Virus record (IMG/VR): IMGVR_UViG_3300048881_000734
Location: 5,116-69,115 of that record
Origin: a virus
Lineage: Duplodnaviria; Caudoviricetes
Direction: 5' to 3' (one strand)
Length of the DNA stretch: 64,000 bases
Made by a program: the position numbers and the translations under genes. The notes beneath the pieces are model-generated. The model was not told the origin of the DNA and ran no database searches. It worked only from the letters and a program-made list of their open reading frames with translations. Shown here in pieces: positions 7,323 through 16,907 of this stretch. How positions within the stretch are numbered: the stretch's first letter is position 1; each line of letters opens with the position of its first letter.

Positions 7323-9271
7323 GGAGCCATCTGCTCCATTTGAGTGTACAGCTTCGATCGCAATTTATCCAGAGTGGGATCATCTTCGGGTAATTGCTCC
7401 CAGTAATGACGAATTGCGTTTGGGAGCTGTGGGTCATCTAAATCGAAGCCATGCCTCAGCATATCCATAGCATCCTCTTTACCATAAACAGCTAGCAGGT
7501 CCTCGGCCCCATCATGTGCATGCGCATCAATCTCAATATGCGAGCGCAGATAGTCTTGAATGTAAAGTTTCTTTCTACCCTCTTTGCGAATTTTTTCGTT
7601 TCCTTCTTCGTCAAACTCACCAGTGGGCTCATACACTTCCCAGTATTTCGGGTCATTATCATCGGGGACCTGGGACGGATCTTGAATCATTTCTTCAAAT
7701 GCCTCGGCATCATCCAGGCCCTTCTTTTCTCCCTGTTTCTTCATTTGCTTATAGTGGACAAGCTCATGACGGACGGTCTGAGCTATATGCCTCGTCAGCG
7801 CATTCGGGTCCAAAGCTGGAAGATCGACTTCTGCTGTCATGCTTTCCATGTCAATGGTGTTTCTCCCGGGGTTTTGTTTGGAAACATACCAGCGAGCGTC
7901 AGTAAGCCACCTATTAGGATATGCCGGATGGTCGGGGTGGAGTGTCATCCCGTCAATGTCTGTAGTGTCGTGAGAATTAATGACGACATCAATATCTAGC
8001 TCTAATTCATCAAAAATATCCTGAAGAGCTATGGTCAGCGCTTCCATTGCTGGGGTGGCATTCACTGAACCAGCTCTCGTAGAAATTAAGTCAATATCCT
8101 CTTGAGAATTTGGCTCATCCCAAAATCTAGATGCCAAGATAGCGGCATCTATTTTTTTGAAATATGCTTCGGGTAATGTAGTCACTTCTAATAAAATACC
8201 TCTCACATATTCTCTGAGCAATGCTTCATTCATTTCTTCTTCATCCCACTTCTCGTGGCCGAGCCAGATGTCTTTTATCTCGGAATGTTCTTGTTGATTA
8301 ATCTTACCAACATCAACATAGTTGTTCAAATAACTGTCCACTAATTGCTCTATGGCCAAACCTGAGTCAGCAGCTTCTCCTCTAAAGCCGATAAGAAATG
8401 CTGGAACTTCGCACGCTTGCGTGAAGTAATGGAAATAGCTGTCTCCCTCGGTTGGCGGAGGAACTGGACAATTAGGACGCTCAAACGGTTTGCCGCGCTG
8501 GGTAAGATGATGAATTTCATGCGGTATAACATTGGATAATTCTTGCCTCAGCTTTTTCAATAGATCAGGCGTCATCTCTAGCGCTGGTGAAAACTCTGCC
8601 CTAACAGTTATAAGAGCCTCAGCGCTTTCACCATAGCCAGCATCGGCATCAATATTCCACCCGGGGTGATCGGCAGAAAAATCAGCAAATGATATGTCTA
8701 CATCAACGTCGAAAAAAGCACCGCCTTCGTCTTCCCAATTTTCAGCCCACGTATCAGGCGCAATGGGATAGTCCCACGTGTATGTATTTAGAAGCCTCTG
8801 CTCCTCAAGCCCTGCAGTGAAGACTTCCATAATTTCCTCGATGATGGGAACGGCAACATCTGAATAATGAAAATTAGGATCCGACAGACTAAAGGCAGCT
8901 GCCTCAAACAAGCTCGTTGAACTTGCCAAAAGCCCCTGGACAATGTCTCCAACTGTGATACCCTTATCAGTAAACCAGCCCTTGTTCGCTTCGAGGGCAA
9001 ACATCGCTGGTCCAGCAGAGGGAATACCCAGCATGTTGTGTGGCTCCATATCTTCTATGTTGAGGATGGTACCTTCCGAATCAAGATATGCAATAGAAAG
9101 AGGGATGTACGTATTCTTCATCCAGAAGCTTCGCTCTTCCGAATTGGGAAAAGAGAAAAGCATCCCAGAATCAGTGGGAAGGAAGTTTCTATACATCAGA
9201 CCGAGCTGCCTTGCTGCGTGGTCATCAGCTCTTTCGACATTTATGGAACTACCATTAATGACAAGCTTCAT
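7319..9271 (-). CDS. Multidomain protein: DUF192 plus two HExxH domains joined by the LLREY-type linker
   Basis: RQLGLMYR..GMLF..FWMKNTYIPLSIAY; PHEIHH; RHELVH; internal NEALLREYVRGILLE. Confidence 0.8.
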   Translation of the reverse strand: MKLVINGSSINVERADDHAARQLGLMYRNFLPTDSGMLFSFPNSEERSFWMKNTYIPLSIAYLDSEGTILNIEDMEPHNMLGIPSAGPAMFALEANKGWFTDKGITVGDIVQGLLASSTSLFEAAAFSLSDPNFHYSDVAVPIIEEIMEVFTAGLEEQRLLNTYTWDYPIAPDTWAENWEDEGGAFFDVDVDISFADFSADHPGWNIDADAGYGESAEALITVRAEFSPALEMTPDLLKKLRQELSNVIPHEIHHLTQRGKPFERPNCPVPPPTEGDSYFHYFTQACEVPAFLIGFRGEAADSGLAIEQLVDSYLNNYVDVGKINQQEHSEIKDIWLGHEKWDEEEMNEALLREYVRGILLEVTTLPEAYFKKIDAAILASRFWDEPNSQEDIDLISTRAGSVNATPAMEALTIALQDIFDELELDIDVVINSHDTTDIDGMTLHPDHPAYPNRWLTDARWYVSKQNPGRNTIDMESMTAEVDLPALDPNALTRHIAQTVRHELVHYKQMKKQGEKKGLDDAEAFEEMIQDPSQVPDDNDPKYWEVYEPTGEFDEEGNEKIRKEGRKKLYIQDYLRSHIEIDAHAHDGAEDLLAVYGKEDAMDMLRHGFDLDDPQLPNAIRHYWEQLPEDDPTLDKLRSKLYTQMEQMAP

Positions 9272-9274
9272 CTG

Positions 9275-10126
9275 TCACCCTCTATTGATTATGATTCCCT
9301 TGTGCCTAAATAGGTCGTTATCAATAGTATATGACAGGTGCATCCTCTCTATGTCGTAAATAATCCTATCATCAGTCGGCCCGTCAAAATCATACCCAAA
9401 AATAGTCAGCTCTCTGTTGAAGAACTTTTGAACAATTTCCTTGGAAGCCGAATCATAATAATTTCTATAATCTTTCTTCCGGCGGTGGCTGACATTTGTT
9501 TTCTCAGCTGGTGGATGTTCGATATCTTCAAAGCCAGCAGCGGAGAGAAGATGCTCCATTCCTTCTTCCAGGTGCTCGGCTCTAACTACAAAATCCACAA
9601 CAGCAGAGCCGCCCTGACCAAACCACTGAGAGTACATCATCCTCTTCCAGTAAGACGTATTGAGAGCATGATTCCACGCGACCTTAGGACTACAGAACTT
9701 TTCTACGAACTCAGGAAAACTTCTGATCCCATAGATGTAATTAACATTCCCCCATCCATCCTCTGTTTCTGGAGTTCCATGGAGATACCAGCTCACAAGC
9801 CAAGAGAATGGATTTCTCGTAAGAGAAAATTTCAGCATATTATCCCATGTATTCGGTCGGAGTGGATAGCTTTGCTGGACTTGAAGTTTTATATCGATTC
9901 CATCAACTCTCCCAAAAATGGGTGTTGTAAGCTGTTCAACTTTAAGGAAGGGAAAGGGGTGAGGGTCGGCAATGTGGTATGTCTCTATCCCGCGCTGGTT
10001 GAGGTACCACTTCACAGCCGTCCCTGCAGTCTTTGGAACATGAATGAAAAACACGCGCTGGGTTTCTGGAAGAATGCCCCACCGTGACGCAACCCTCTCT
10101 TCAAATCCTTCAGGATATTCTTGCAT
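9275..10126 (-). CDS. Sulfotransferase family 2 protein
   Basis: FFIHVPKTAGTAV (5'-PSB loop), RNPFSWLVSWY (3'-PB), DFVVRAEHL. Confidence 0.85.
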   Translation of the reverse strand: MQEYPEGFEERVASRWGILPETQRVFFIHVPKTAGTAVKWYLNQRGIETYHIADPHPFPFLKVEQLTTPIFGRVDGIDIKLQVQQSYPLRPNTWDNMLKFSLTRNPFSWLVSWYLHGTPETEDGWGNVNYIYGIRSFPEFVEKFCSPKVAWNHALNTSYWKRMMYSQWFGQGGSAVVDFVVRAEHLEEGMEHLLSAAGFEDIEHPPAEKTNVSHRRKKDYRNYYDSASKEIVQKFFNRELTIFGYDFDGPTDDRIIYDIERMHLSYTIDNDLFRHKGIIINRG

Positions 10127-10306
10127 TCTTAAACTCCTGTTGGATTTTAAGAGAATTGAAGAAGATGTACTACCCTAGCGCTGCAACAACCATCGCATAT
10201 ACCAAAAAAGACGTCATCGTACAAAGGGTCCCCAAAGCAAGAGCCCCACACACGACGTCTTTAAGAGTTACCCCCCGCCAGTGCATCCATTTTTTTATTC
10301 TTTTTA

Positions 10307-10636
10307 TCATTTCTCATACTTCTCCGCGTATCCTTCTGCAAGCAGCCAATCGTTAATACACTCGTCCTCGAGCCAGATTTCTCCAAGCCAACGACCGTAT
10401 TTCCCTTTTTTGTCTTGTTGCGTTTTTAGCTTTATCCACTTGCTACCGATCTTTCCCCGCAGTGCGTCTCTTGATTTGAGTCCTTCTGGGCGCTCTGGGC
10501 CACGCACTTCGGGAGTGTTAATCCTGAGGAGACGAATCTTCTGCTTATGAAGCACAATATCAAAGCCCAAGTCGATGTCAACTGTGATTGTGTCACCATC
10601 ATAGACTTTCCTCACGTATGCCCTATATTCGTACAT
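10307..10636 (-). CDS. Thermonuclease (SNase-like)
   Basis: VYDGDTITVDIDLGF, RLLRINTPE, GKYGRWLG. Confidence 0.9.
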   Translation of the reverse strand: MYEYRAYVRKVYDGDTITVDIDLGFDIVLHKQKIRLLRINTPEVRGPERPEGLKSRDALRGKIGSKWIKLKTQQDKKGKYGRWLGEIWLEDECINDWLLAEGYAEKYEK

Positions 10637-11097
10637 TATACCCTCGCATCACGTTGTCGCATCGTACCAAGTAGCTCTTCGTCCCATGGACCTTCATACC
10701 CTGACAAATAACACTTATTCATCGCTTCCTCAGCGGTAAACTCATCAGTGACTTCAGGCTGATACATGTCATAATAAACGTCTTTTGGAATTCCGTCCGG
10801 CTTCGTTATCTTTGTCTGATCATCGAAAACCAAGTCGCCCATCTCAACCCATGCATGGACGATAGGTTTCGGCGGCCGCTTCCACTTGTCAGTCACCTTC
10901 CCATGTACGACCTTGAACTTGTCCATGTTGCCAAGATCCGGATGCTTGGTGCCTGACTGGTCTGGGTCATCAGGTGGAGTGTAGTGATCCTCAAACCACT
11001 CCTCAGCTTTCTGAATTGTGAATGGAAAGCACATGCCTTGAGCTAAAACCTTCTGCTCGCGCAGAAGCTCTCTTATGTATTTACGCAGCAGACTCAT
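10636..11097 (-). CDS. Tagged papain/transglutaminase-like Cys-His protein
   Basis: N-terminal MSLLRKYIRELLRE; GMCF, VVHG, HAWVE. Confidence 0.6.
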   Translation of the reverse strand: MSLLRKYIRELLREQKVLAQGMCFPFTIQKAEEWFEDHYTPPDDPDQSGTKHPDLGNMDKFKVVHGKVTDKWKRPPKPIVHAWVEMGDLVFDDQTKITKPDGIPKDVYYDMYQPEVTDEFTAEEAMNKCYLSGYEGPWDEELLGTMRQRDARV

Positions 11098-12782
11098 CTT
11101 CTTGCCCACTTCTTTAAGGCTTCCCAATCCCGGTGTTCGCGGGGGAACTTTCCTTGTGGGTTTTTTCGAGGGTGATTGGTGAAAGCCACCGCCCCTGGAT
11201 ATTGATAACTCATCTGCATGAGCGATCGGAAGTTCCGAAATCCCGAAATAGTCGAATCACCGAGTATTTCATTTGGGTTCATATCAGATTGCCAATTCAT
11301 ATGAATGAGTTCCATGACGTCAATGTGTCTCTTATTGAATTCATTATGCGCTGGCACTTCGTGCAGTGGTCCTTCACGACCGATAACTGGACCCTCTGCA
11401 ACTTCTTGGCCTTGCTCTAGATACGCATCGACCAGATCAACAATAGCGTTTAGATGCTCAGCTAGCTCTTCAGCGCCGGGTATCATTTCAGCTATCTGGA
11501 TACCCTGATTAGCAGTATCCCAAAACATTCGAAGGATCTTCTCATGCGTTTCATCATCGATGGCTTCATTCAATAGCCCCCTTATGTACTCACGTAACAG
11601 GCTCTCTCCAACGATCTCATCATATGCGACCATCTCTGCGTCTATCAACGCTTTTCCAAGATCCGGACCCTTTATTCCTTGAGCCATAAGCTCTTGGGGA
11701 TTTCCTGCTTGTGGCGCAGCGACATAGTCTAAAAACTTTTTAGCAGCAGCAGGAGTAGGAACACCGAAAACTGCCGCAAATTCCGTTATAACCGCAGGGT
11801 CAAGCTTGAATCGCTTAAAGTCTTTTTTGAGCTGTGGCGCAGTTTCTCTTGACATGCCCTTAAACGCCACGAGAAACTGAACCAGTTTCGATTCGTCGTT
11901 TGAGTATCTTATTTTTTTTAGAGTGGTGCCTACAGCTGGTGGGTCGTTATTTCCCAATAGCGAAGCTGTCTGGATTATGGCGTTTTGCGTCGTTGGTCCA
12001 GATATGTCGACATCAAGACCTGGAAAAATCTGCTCGAACAGGCCGAGCTCTTCCGTCAGCTCCAGGAAGTAACCAACATCCTGAGCCGATGTTATTCCCT
12101 TGGTAAATTCATCTCTTATCCGTTCTGGCGACACTTCTCTCAATTCATTGTCATCGAGAATCGCTTGCTTTGTTTCCTCATCTAACTCAGACCCAGTACG
12201 TCCCGCAAATCTAACCGCTCGTAGAATTCGAAGCGGGTCTTCTGCAAATCTGTCTGCAGCTGCGCCAACGGGTCGAACGATGCCGTCCTCAATATCCTGA
12301 ATACCCCCAACGAAATCAATAACTTCCTGAGAAGACATGTCGTAGAAAAGAGCATTCATTGTAAGGTCTCTACGTTGGGCGTCTGTTTCCATGTCTGTAA
12401 AGCTCACATCATCCGGTCGTCGGCCGGAGCCAATGTCTTCCCGGAATGTAGCAACTTCATATTCATTCCCAGCAGGTGTCTTTACAAGCACCACACCAAA
12501 TGACTCGCCAACCGGCTTAATTTGAAGCTGAGGATCTCGCTGAAGAATCTTGGTAACTTTCTCAGGTGGAGCGTTGGTAGCCACATCATAATCTTTTGGT
12601 GATTGACCCATGAGGGCATCTCGTACTGCGCCGCCGACAAGATAAAGTTCCATGCCCGCTGATTCCATTCTCTTTTGAATATCTTGAAGATCAGCAGGGA
12701 CTGATATGTTGAGTGATTGCCGAACCGGTCCGGCTTCGTCACCCTCTACAATAACTTTGATATATTGATGCAACAGGTTCAT
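11094..12782 (-). CDS. cca: CCA-adding enzyme / tRNA nucleotidyltransferase with tagged C-terminal extra domain
   Basis: LVGGAVRD, KDYDVAT, RRDLTMNAL, EDPLRILRAVRF; N-terminal MNLLHQYIKVIVE and internal ESLLREYIRGLLNE. CCA versus poly(A) activity not resolved. Confidence 0.85.
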   Translation of the reverse strand: MNLLHQYIKVIVEGDEAGPVRQSLNISVPADLQDIQKRMESAGMELYLVGGAVRDALMGQSPKDYDVATNAPPEKVTKILQRDPQLQIKPVGESFGVVLVKTPAGNEYEVATFREDIGSGRRPDDVSFTDMETDAQRRDLTMNALFYDMSSQEVIDFVGGIQDIEDGIVRPVGAAADRFAEDPLRILRAVRFAGRTGSELDEETKQAILDDNELREVSPERIRDEFTKGITSAQDVGYFLELTEELGLFEQIFPGLDVDISGPTTQNAIIQTASLLGNNDPPAVGTTLKKIRYSNDESKLVQFLVAFKGMSRETAPQLKKDFKRFKLDPAVITEFAAVFGVPTPAAAKKFLDYVAAPQAGNPQELMAQGIKGPDLGKALIDAEMVAYDEIVGESLLREYIRGLLNEAIDDETHEKILRMFWDTANQGIQIAEMIPGAEELAEHLNAIVDLVDAYLEQGQEVAEGPVIGREGPLHEVPAHNEFNKRHIDVMELIHMNWQSDMNPNEILGDSTISGFRNFRSLMQMSYQYPGAVAFTNHPRKNPQGKFPREHRDWEALKKWARR

Positions 12783-13297
12783 GCTTTCACCTTCCCCATA
12801 CTGAAAGCGACCGGCTTAAACTTGGACCAGTTTTTGCCGCCCTTCTTATCAGCAATGAAAACATTGATGGTGGCTATCTCTATTTCTTCGCCCTTCGGAA
12901 TCCTTACCTCGCTTTCATCTGAAAACATACCTGGCTCTTCACCGGCAGCCTGCGGGTCATACCCGAAATCATTCGGTACTTTGCCCCAAAACATTACATG
13001 AAGGGTCTTGCCTCGATTAGTCGCGGACCACACATCGGCAAAGCTTGAAGCAACATCCATATCTAGTGTCCAGGACTCGCCAATCTCTTCATTTTCCAGC
13101 TGAGCCATGATAAATGAGCCAGCCTCACGTTCACTTAACGCGGAGGATTGGTTTCTGGCGAGCTTTCTTATTTGTGACGCTAGACCCGCAGAGGGCATAT
13201 CAATCTTCATTCCGCGATAAATGTATCTGAAACCTGGTCCGGCGGAGTTATCTCTTTCTGTTATTATCTCTCTTATGTATTCACGTAATAGATTCAT
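12779..13297 (-). CDS. Tagged ADP-ribosyltransferase-like protein (R-S-E)
   Basis: MNLLREYIREIITE; YRG, ESWT, ESEVRI. Confidence 0.6.
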   Translation of the reverse strand: MNLLREYIREIITERDNSAGPGFRYIYRGMKIDMPSAGLASQIRKLARNQSSALSEREAGSFIMAQLENEEIGESWTLDMDVASSFADVWSATNRGKTLHVMFWGKVPNDFGYDPQAAGEEPGMFSDESEVRIPKGEEIEIATINVFIADKKGGKNWSKFKPVAFSMGKVKA

Positions 13298-13731
13298 TTT
13301 GGCTCCCTGATCATATGCCCATAATCATTAGTGCTGGGGACAAATCCAACGGAGCCATAAAACCTATAAAGATCATCGTGTTCTGCGCCAAACTCTCCGT
13401 ATGCCCCTACCTCTAGCTCAAGCGTAATATCGTACATGTCTGCTTTATTTACAACTGTTTCCATTACATTTCTGGCGTATCCTTTTTTGTAACACTCATC
13501 AGACTCCCGACCTTTTGAATCTACGGTCTCTATAAAGTCAAACCGGACTGTGTCAGAATCTGTATGATCTTTGAGGCTTATTCTTACCTCGCACCCATCG
13601 GGAAACTTTTCTACCAAAGTACCTTTTGGACCGCTGTAAAAGCTAGCTTTCATCTCATCAAGGAACATATTCGCTGGACCATTCCGCTCTGTAAGAAGTA
13701 TCTGTCTTATGTATTCACGCAGCAGATTCAT
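13294..13731 (-). CDS. Tagged GNAT acetyltransferase
   Basis: MNLLREYIRQILLTE; KKGYARNVM, LYRFYGSVGF. Confidence 0.65.
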   Translation of the reverse strand: MNLLREYIRQILLTERNGPANMFLDEMKASFYSGPKGTLVEKFPDGCEVRISLKDHTDSDTVRFDFIETVDSKGRESDECYKKGYARNVMETVVNKADMYDITLELEVGAYGEFGAEHDDLYRFYGSVGFVPSTNDYGHMIREPK

Positions 13732-14746
13732 CTTTACAACCCTCATCTGCGCTTATCAGCTCTTTTATTCCAGATGCGTTCCATACACAGCCTGACGCGA
13801 CATCCCACCCGTAATACCAGTCTGAATCCATCCGCATGTCATGCAGATAGGGGCAGATCTCAATACCATCATAGTGACTTGCAACCTTTGGCCAGTCAAT
13901 CTTGATATCTCCATAGCTGTTGGTAGTAACACCATACATCTTATTAAACTTCTTGAAGTCGTCGTTATTTGTTATGAATAGAATCTCATAATCATTCAAA
14001 ATAACATCATACGAACTATCATACCTGCTTGCGCCGTCAGTTAGACCCGTCCTACAAAACTCCTTCCAGTCGATGGAGCTACCGTCTTGGCACTCGTACC
14101 ACAGACCATCGGGCTTGTAACCAATCTCCTGGGAAAACCCACTAACCTGTGGTTCTTTACCATCTCGAGTATCTTGTCGACTGTGGTGGATACGTACCTT
14201 CTCACCGCCAGTCAAGGGGAAGTGAGATTCACGAATAAGCTCTCTTATGTATTCACGGAGTAAGGATTCTTTCATCGGGCGTAGCGAGCCAGGCCGGACC
14301 AAGAGTTCGTCCTCCACAAAATCGCCGGCCGGCCAGAGATGTTCAACTGAAACTAGAACATCAGAACGATTCACCATATATGATGCGACGGTGGCGCCCT
14401 TGCCGCCATAATAGCCACCGCTACAGCCCCCATCAGCAACTCTCTTGTTAGTCGTCACCGATGTTACGTCACCGGCTAATCCGCCGCATCGCCAAACTTG
14501 AATCTCGTCTGGAAAATCAGAGGCTATGGCAGCCTGAGTTTTCTGATACATCTCATCGGCAGCTGCTTGAACGTCTTCCATCCGTACAGTGTTTAGATCA
14601 TATTGAGTAGCGAAATAATCCAGCACATCTTCCTGATTCGGATCAGCCCAAAGATATGATATGTTTTCAGATTGACAACAGCCATCATCTGCTATTGTTT
14701 GTGCCAGCCAGCTCTGAAATGACATGAATTTCATTCCGGGCTCCAT
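13715..14746 (-). CDS. Two-domain protein: ART-like domain, linker, unknown domain
   Basis: VWRCG, TSVTT, EDELLV; internal KESLLREYIRELIRE; C-terminal KPDGLW..YDGI..WDVASG domain. Confidence 0.6.
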   Translation of the reverse strand: MEPGMKFMSFQSWLAQTIADDGCCQSENISYLWADPNQEDVLDYFATQYDLNTVRMEDVQAAADEMYQKTQAAIASDFPDEIQVWRCGGLAGDVTSVTTNKRVADGGCSGGYYGGKGATVASYMVNRSDVLVSVEHLWPAGDFVEDELLVRPGSLRPMKESLLREYIRELIRESHFPLTGGEKVRIHHSRQDTRDGKEPQVSGFSQEIGYKPDGLWYECQDGSSIDWKEFCRTGLTDGASRYDSSYDVILNDYEILFITNNDDFKKFNKMYGVTTNSYGDIKIDWPKVASHYDGIEICPYLHDMRMDSDWYYGWDVASGCVWNASGIKELISADEGCKDESAA

Positions 14747-16224
14747 AGCTCTTCGCGCGCAGTGTTGTAAATCGGTACCCCAAATTCGGAAGCCACTCTG
14801 AATATCTCGCCAATCTTACCGGGAGCCTCGACTGTATCACCAGCTTCGCCCCATTCAATAACTCTCTCTTCCCACTCGGCACTGACGGCGATGACACCAA
14901 CCGCATTCCAATTATCAACCAGCGCTTCGTTGCCACCAGACCGGCTTTGTGAAGGATCCCATGTAGACTGGTCCACTACATACGGAATGCTTCGTGCCAT
15001 CCGCTCTCCAAACTCGGACCCCGGCTTGAGCATCCCATACCTGCTAAAGTCTTTCGACATTGTGGGACGCTTGTTGATACCGGAGGATTTTTTCTGCTGT
15101 TCGTACTCTTCATCAGTCACATCGCTGGTAAGCCCCGGCATGTAATCATACATGTGACCGCTGTACAAGGCATCTTGATCGTTAGCTGCTAACGTAATTC
15201 GACCCTTGATCCACAGTCCAAACTTGTAGTCTCCGAGAGGACGAAGCCACCCCTCACCCGGGGGAGTCATTGTGGCTGACAACTCGTCTTTGCCGCTGCC
15301 GGGCAGATGGGCCAATGAATAAATGTCCTTCGCCCAGTGTACCGTGTCTAAAGTGGATAGCCACTCATGGTCAGCGTTTACTCTGAATGCATCCTTGATC
15401 GCCTTCCCACCAGCCTTCCCGATTTCGCCACCATAAAAGTGTTCTCCCTCTGGATCCATCTTATCAGAAGCCTTGGCCAGGTCTTGGACGAAGCCCATCG
15501 GGTCTTCAAGAAGTAACGCTTCAGCCAATCCCATGTCCTTATACCAATTAACGATAACGTCATTGGTGTTTTGTCCAACCCAATTTTTCTTCTGTCTGCC
15601 TTTTGCCTTACCGTCTTGACCCATGGTTTTTCTATCGGCCTTGTCCCAGCCGTATTCATTGACTTCTAAAAGCATCTCGCGAATGTACGACCTCAATGCG
15701 CTCTCAATAACAACATCAGCGTCTATGTCACACGGGGCATCTAAAACCTGATTGACGAAATGCGGAATAGCTTCCAAGCCCAGACCCTCGATCATCTTTA
15801 CGAAAGTTTCTAAATGATTCGATCTATCATCCCAAACTTGTACAACTTCTAAATCAGGCATGCCTGCTATAAACTGCTCCATCATCGATGATTTCCACGG
15901 TGCTGTTCCACCCCCGGGCTTCAAATGGACTTCGTCAAAAGACAAACCTGCACCTGCTATCAATTCTTCCACTCGTGCTGACAGCTCGGGGGAAGCGCCA
16001 CGGCCTGTCATCAGAACCGTGTACACTTCAGGATTCCCTATACTTTCCATAGCATCTGATACTGTGCTGTTAATCCACATCCCACTTGGATCGACAACAC
16101 ATGGCGGAGTAAGCGACTGAAGTGTATCATACCAACTACCAATGTGCCCTTCCCAATCATCTGGATGCATAGGGCTCATGAAGAGAGTCGCATCAAAATC
16201 GTATATGTGAAGTTCTCTAATCAT
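14731..16224 (-). CDS. HAD phosphatase (Swiss-army-knife RNA-repair-like), linker, unknown domain
   Basis: IYDFDATLF, LMTGR, LKP, VWDDR; internal IESALRSYIREMLLE. Confidence 0.75.
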   Translation of the reverse strand: MIRELHIYDFDATLFMSPMHPDDWEGHIGSWYDTLQSLTPPCVVDPSGMWINSTVSDAMESIGNPEVYTVLMTGRGASPELSARVEELIAGAGLSFDEVHLKPGGGTAPWKSSMMEQFIAGMPDLEVVQVWDDRSNHLETFVKMIEGLGLEAIPHFVNQVLDAPCDIDADVVIESALRSYIREMLLEVNEYGWDKADRKTMGQDGKAKGRQKKNWVGQNTNDVIVNWYKDMGLAEALLLEDPMGFVQDLAKASDKMDPEGEHFYGGEIGKAGGKAIKDAFRVNADHEWLSTLDTVHWAKDIYSLAHLPGSGKDELSATMTPPGEGWLRPLGDYKFGLWIKGRITLAANDQDALYSGHMYDYMPGLTSDVTDEEYEQQKKSSGINKRPTMSKDFSRYGMLKPGSEFGERMARSIPYVVDQSTWDPSQSRSGGNEALVDNWNAVGVIAVSAEWEERVIEWGEAGDTVEAPGKIGEIFRVASEFGVPIYNTAREELWSPE

Positions 16225-16907
16225 AACTTGCTTGTCTGCCTTGCGAGAAAGCCCTCTCGATCACCCGGAGCACCGTGGTCGTAATCACGAATCCAGAATG
16301 AGTATGAATTAGGGTGGCGGGATATGTTAACCGTAAACTCCCCAGACATCGCAACTGTGAAAGGATGCACTTTCTCCCATACTTCTGGAGTGTCAGTATC
16401 GCCGACAAATCCGTCAACATTCTCAACGAACTCGTCTGGTGGTATTTCTACAGTCACCGACGTCGAGGCTTGGGCACGATTCGTATATCGCACTTCTACG
16501 TTCGTGCCTTCTAGTGAATTAAAGAGCTCAACAGCCTGTTGTATGTAATCTTCATCTTGAGTTTTTATCAACTCAAAAATTGGCTCAAGGTCCGCGGGGC
16601 TAGACTGTAGTATGGGGGACTCCATCAAAAGTAGCTCACGAACATATGCTCGAAGAGACTCAAGGACAGACGGGTCTGCCATCAACGCGTGGTCCAGCTT
16701 TTCGAACCACTCTTCTTTTGTTTTGGGTCTGGTTTCGGGAGAATTGAGGTCGATGGCTTCTTTTCCATTGACGAGTATAATACCTTCTTCTCGGTTTATC
16801 ATCACAGACACGCCTGGGTTCTTTCGCTTCCACTGCATCTTGATGCTCTTCGCCATGAGTTCATCAGTCTTATCAATTCTTTCTTGTAGCGTCAGTTTGC
16901 TCATCAC
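16221..16907 (-). CDS. Two-part hypothetical protein with internal linker
   Basis: Internal VLESLRAYVRELLLME. Confidence 0.7.
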   Translation of the reverse strand: MMSKLTLQERIDKTDELMAKSIKMQWKRKNPGVSVMINREEGIILVNGKEAIDLNSPETRPKTKEEWFEKLDHALMADPSVLESLRAYVRELLLMESPILQSSPADLEPIFELIKTQDEDYIQQAVELFNSLEGTNVEVRYTNRAQASTSVTVEIPPDEFVENVDGFVGDTDTPEVWEKVHPFTVAMSGEFTVNISRHPNSYSFWIRDYDHGAPGDREGFLARQTSKL

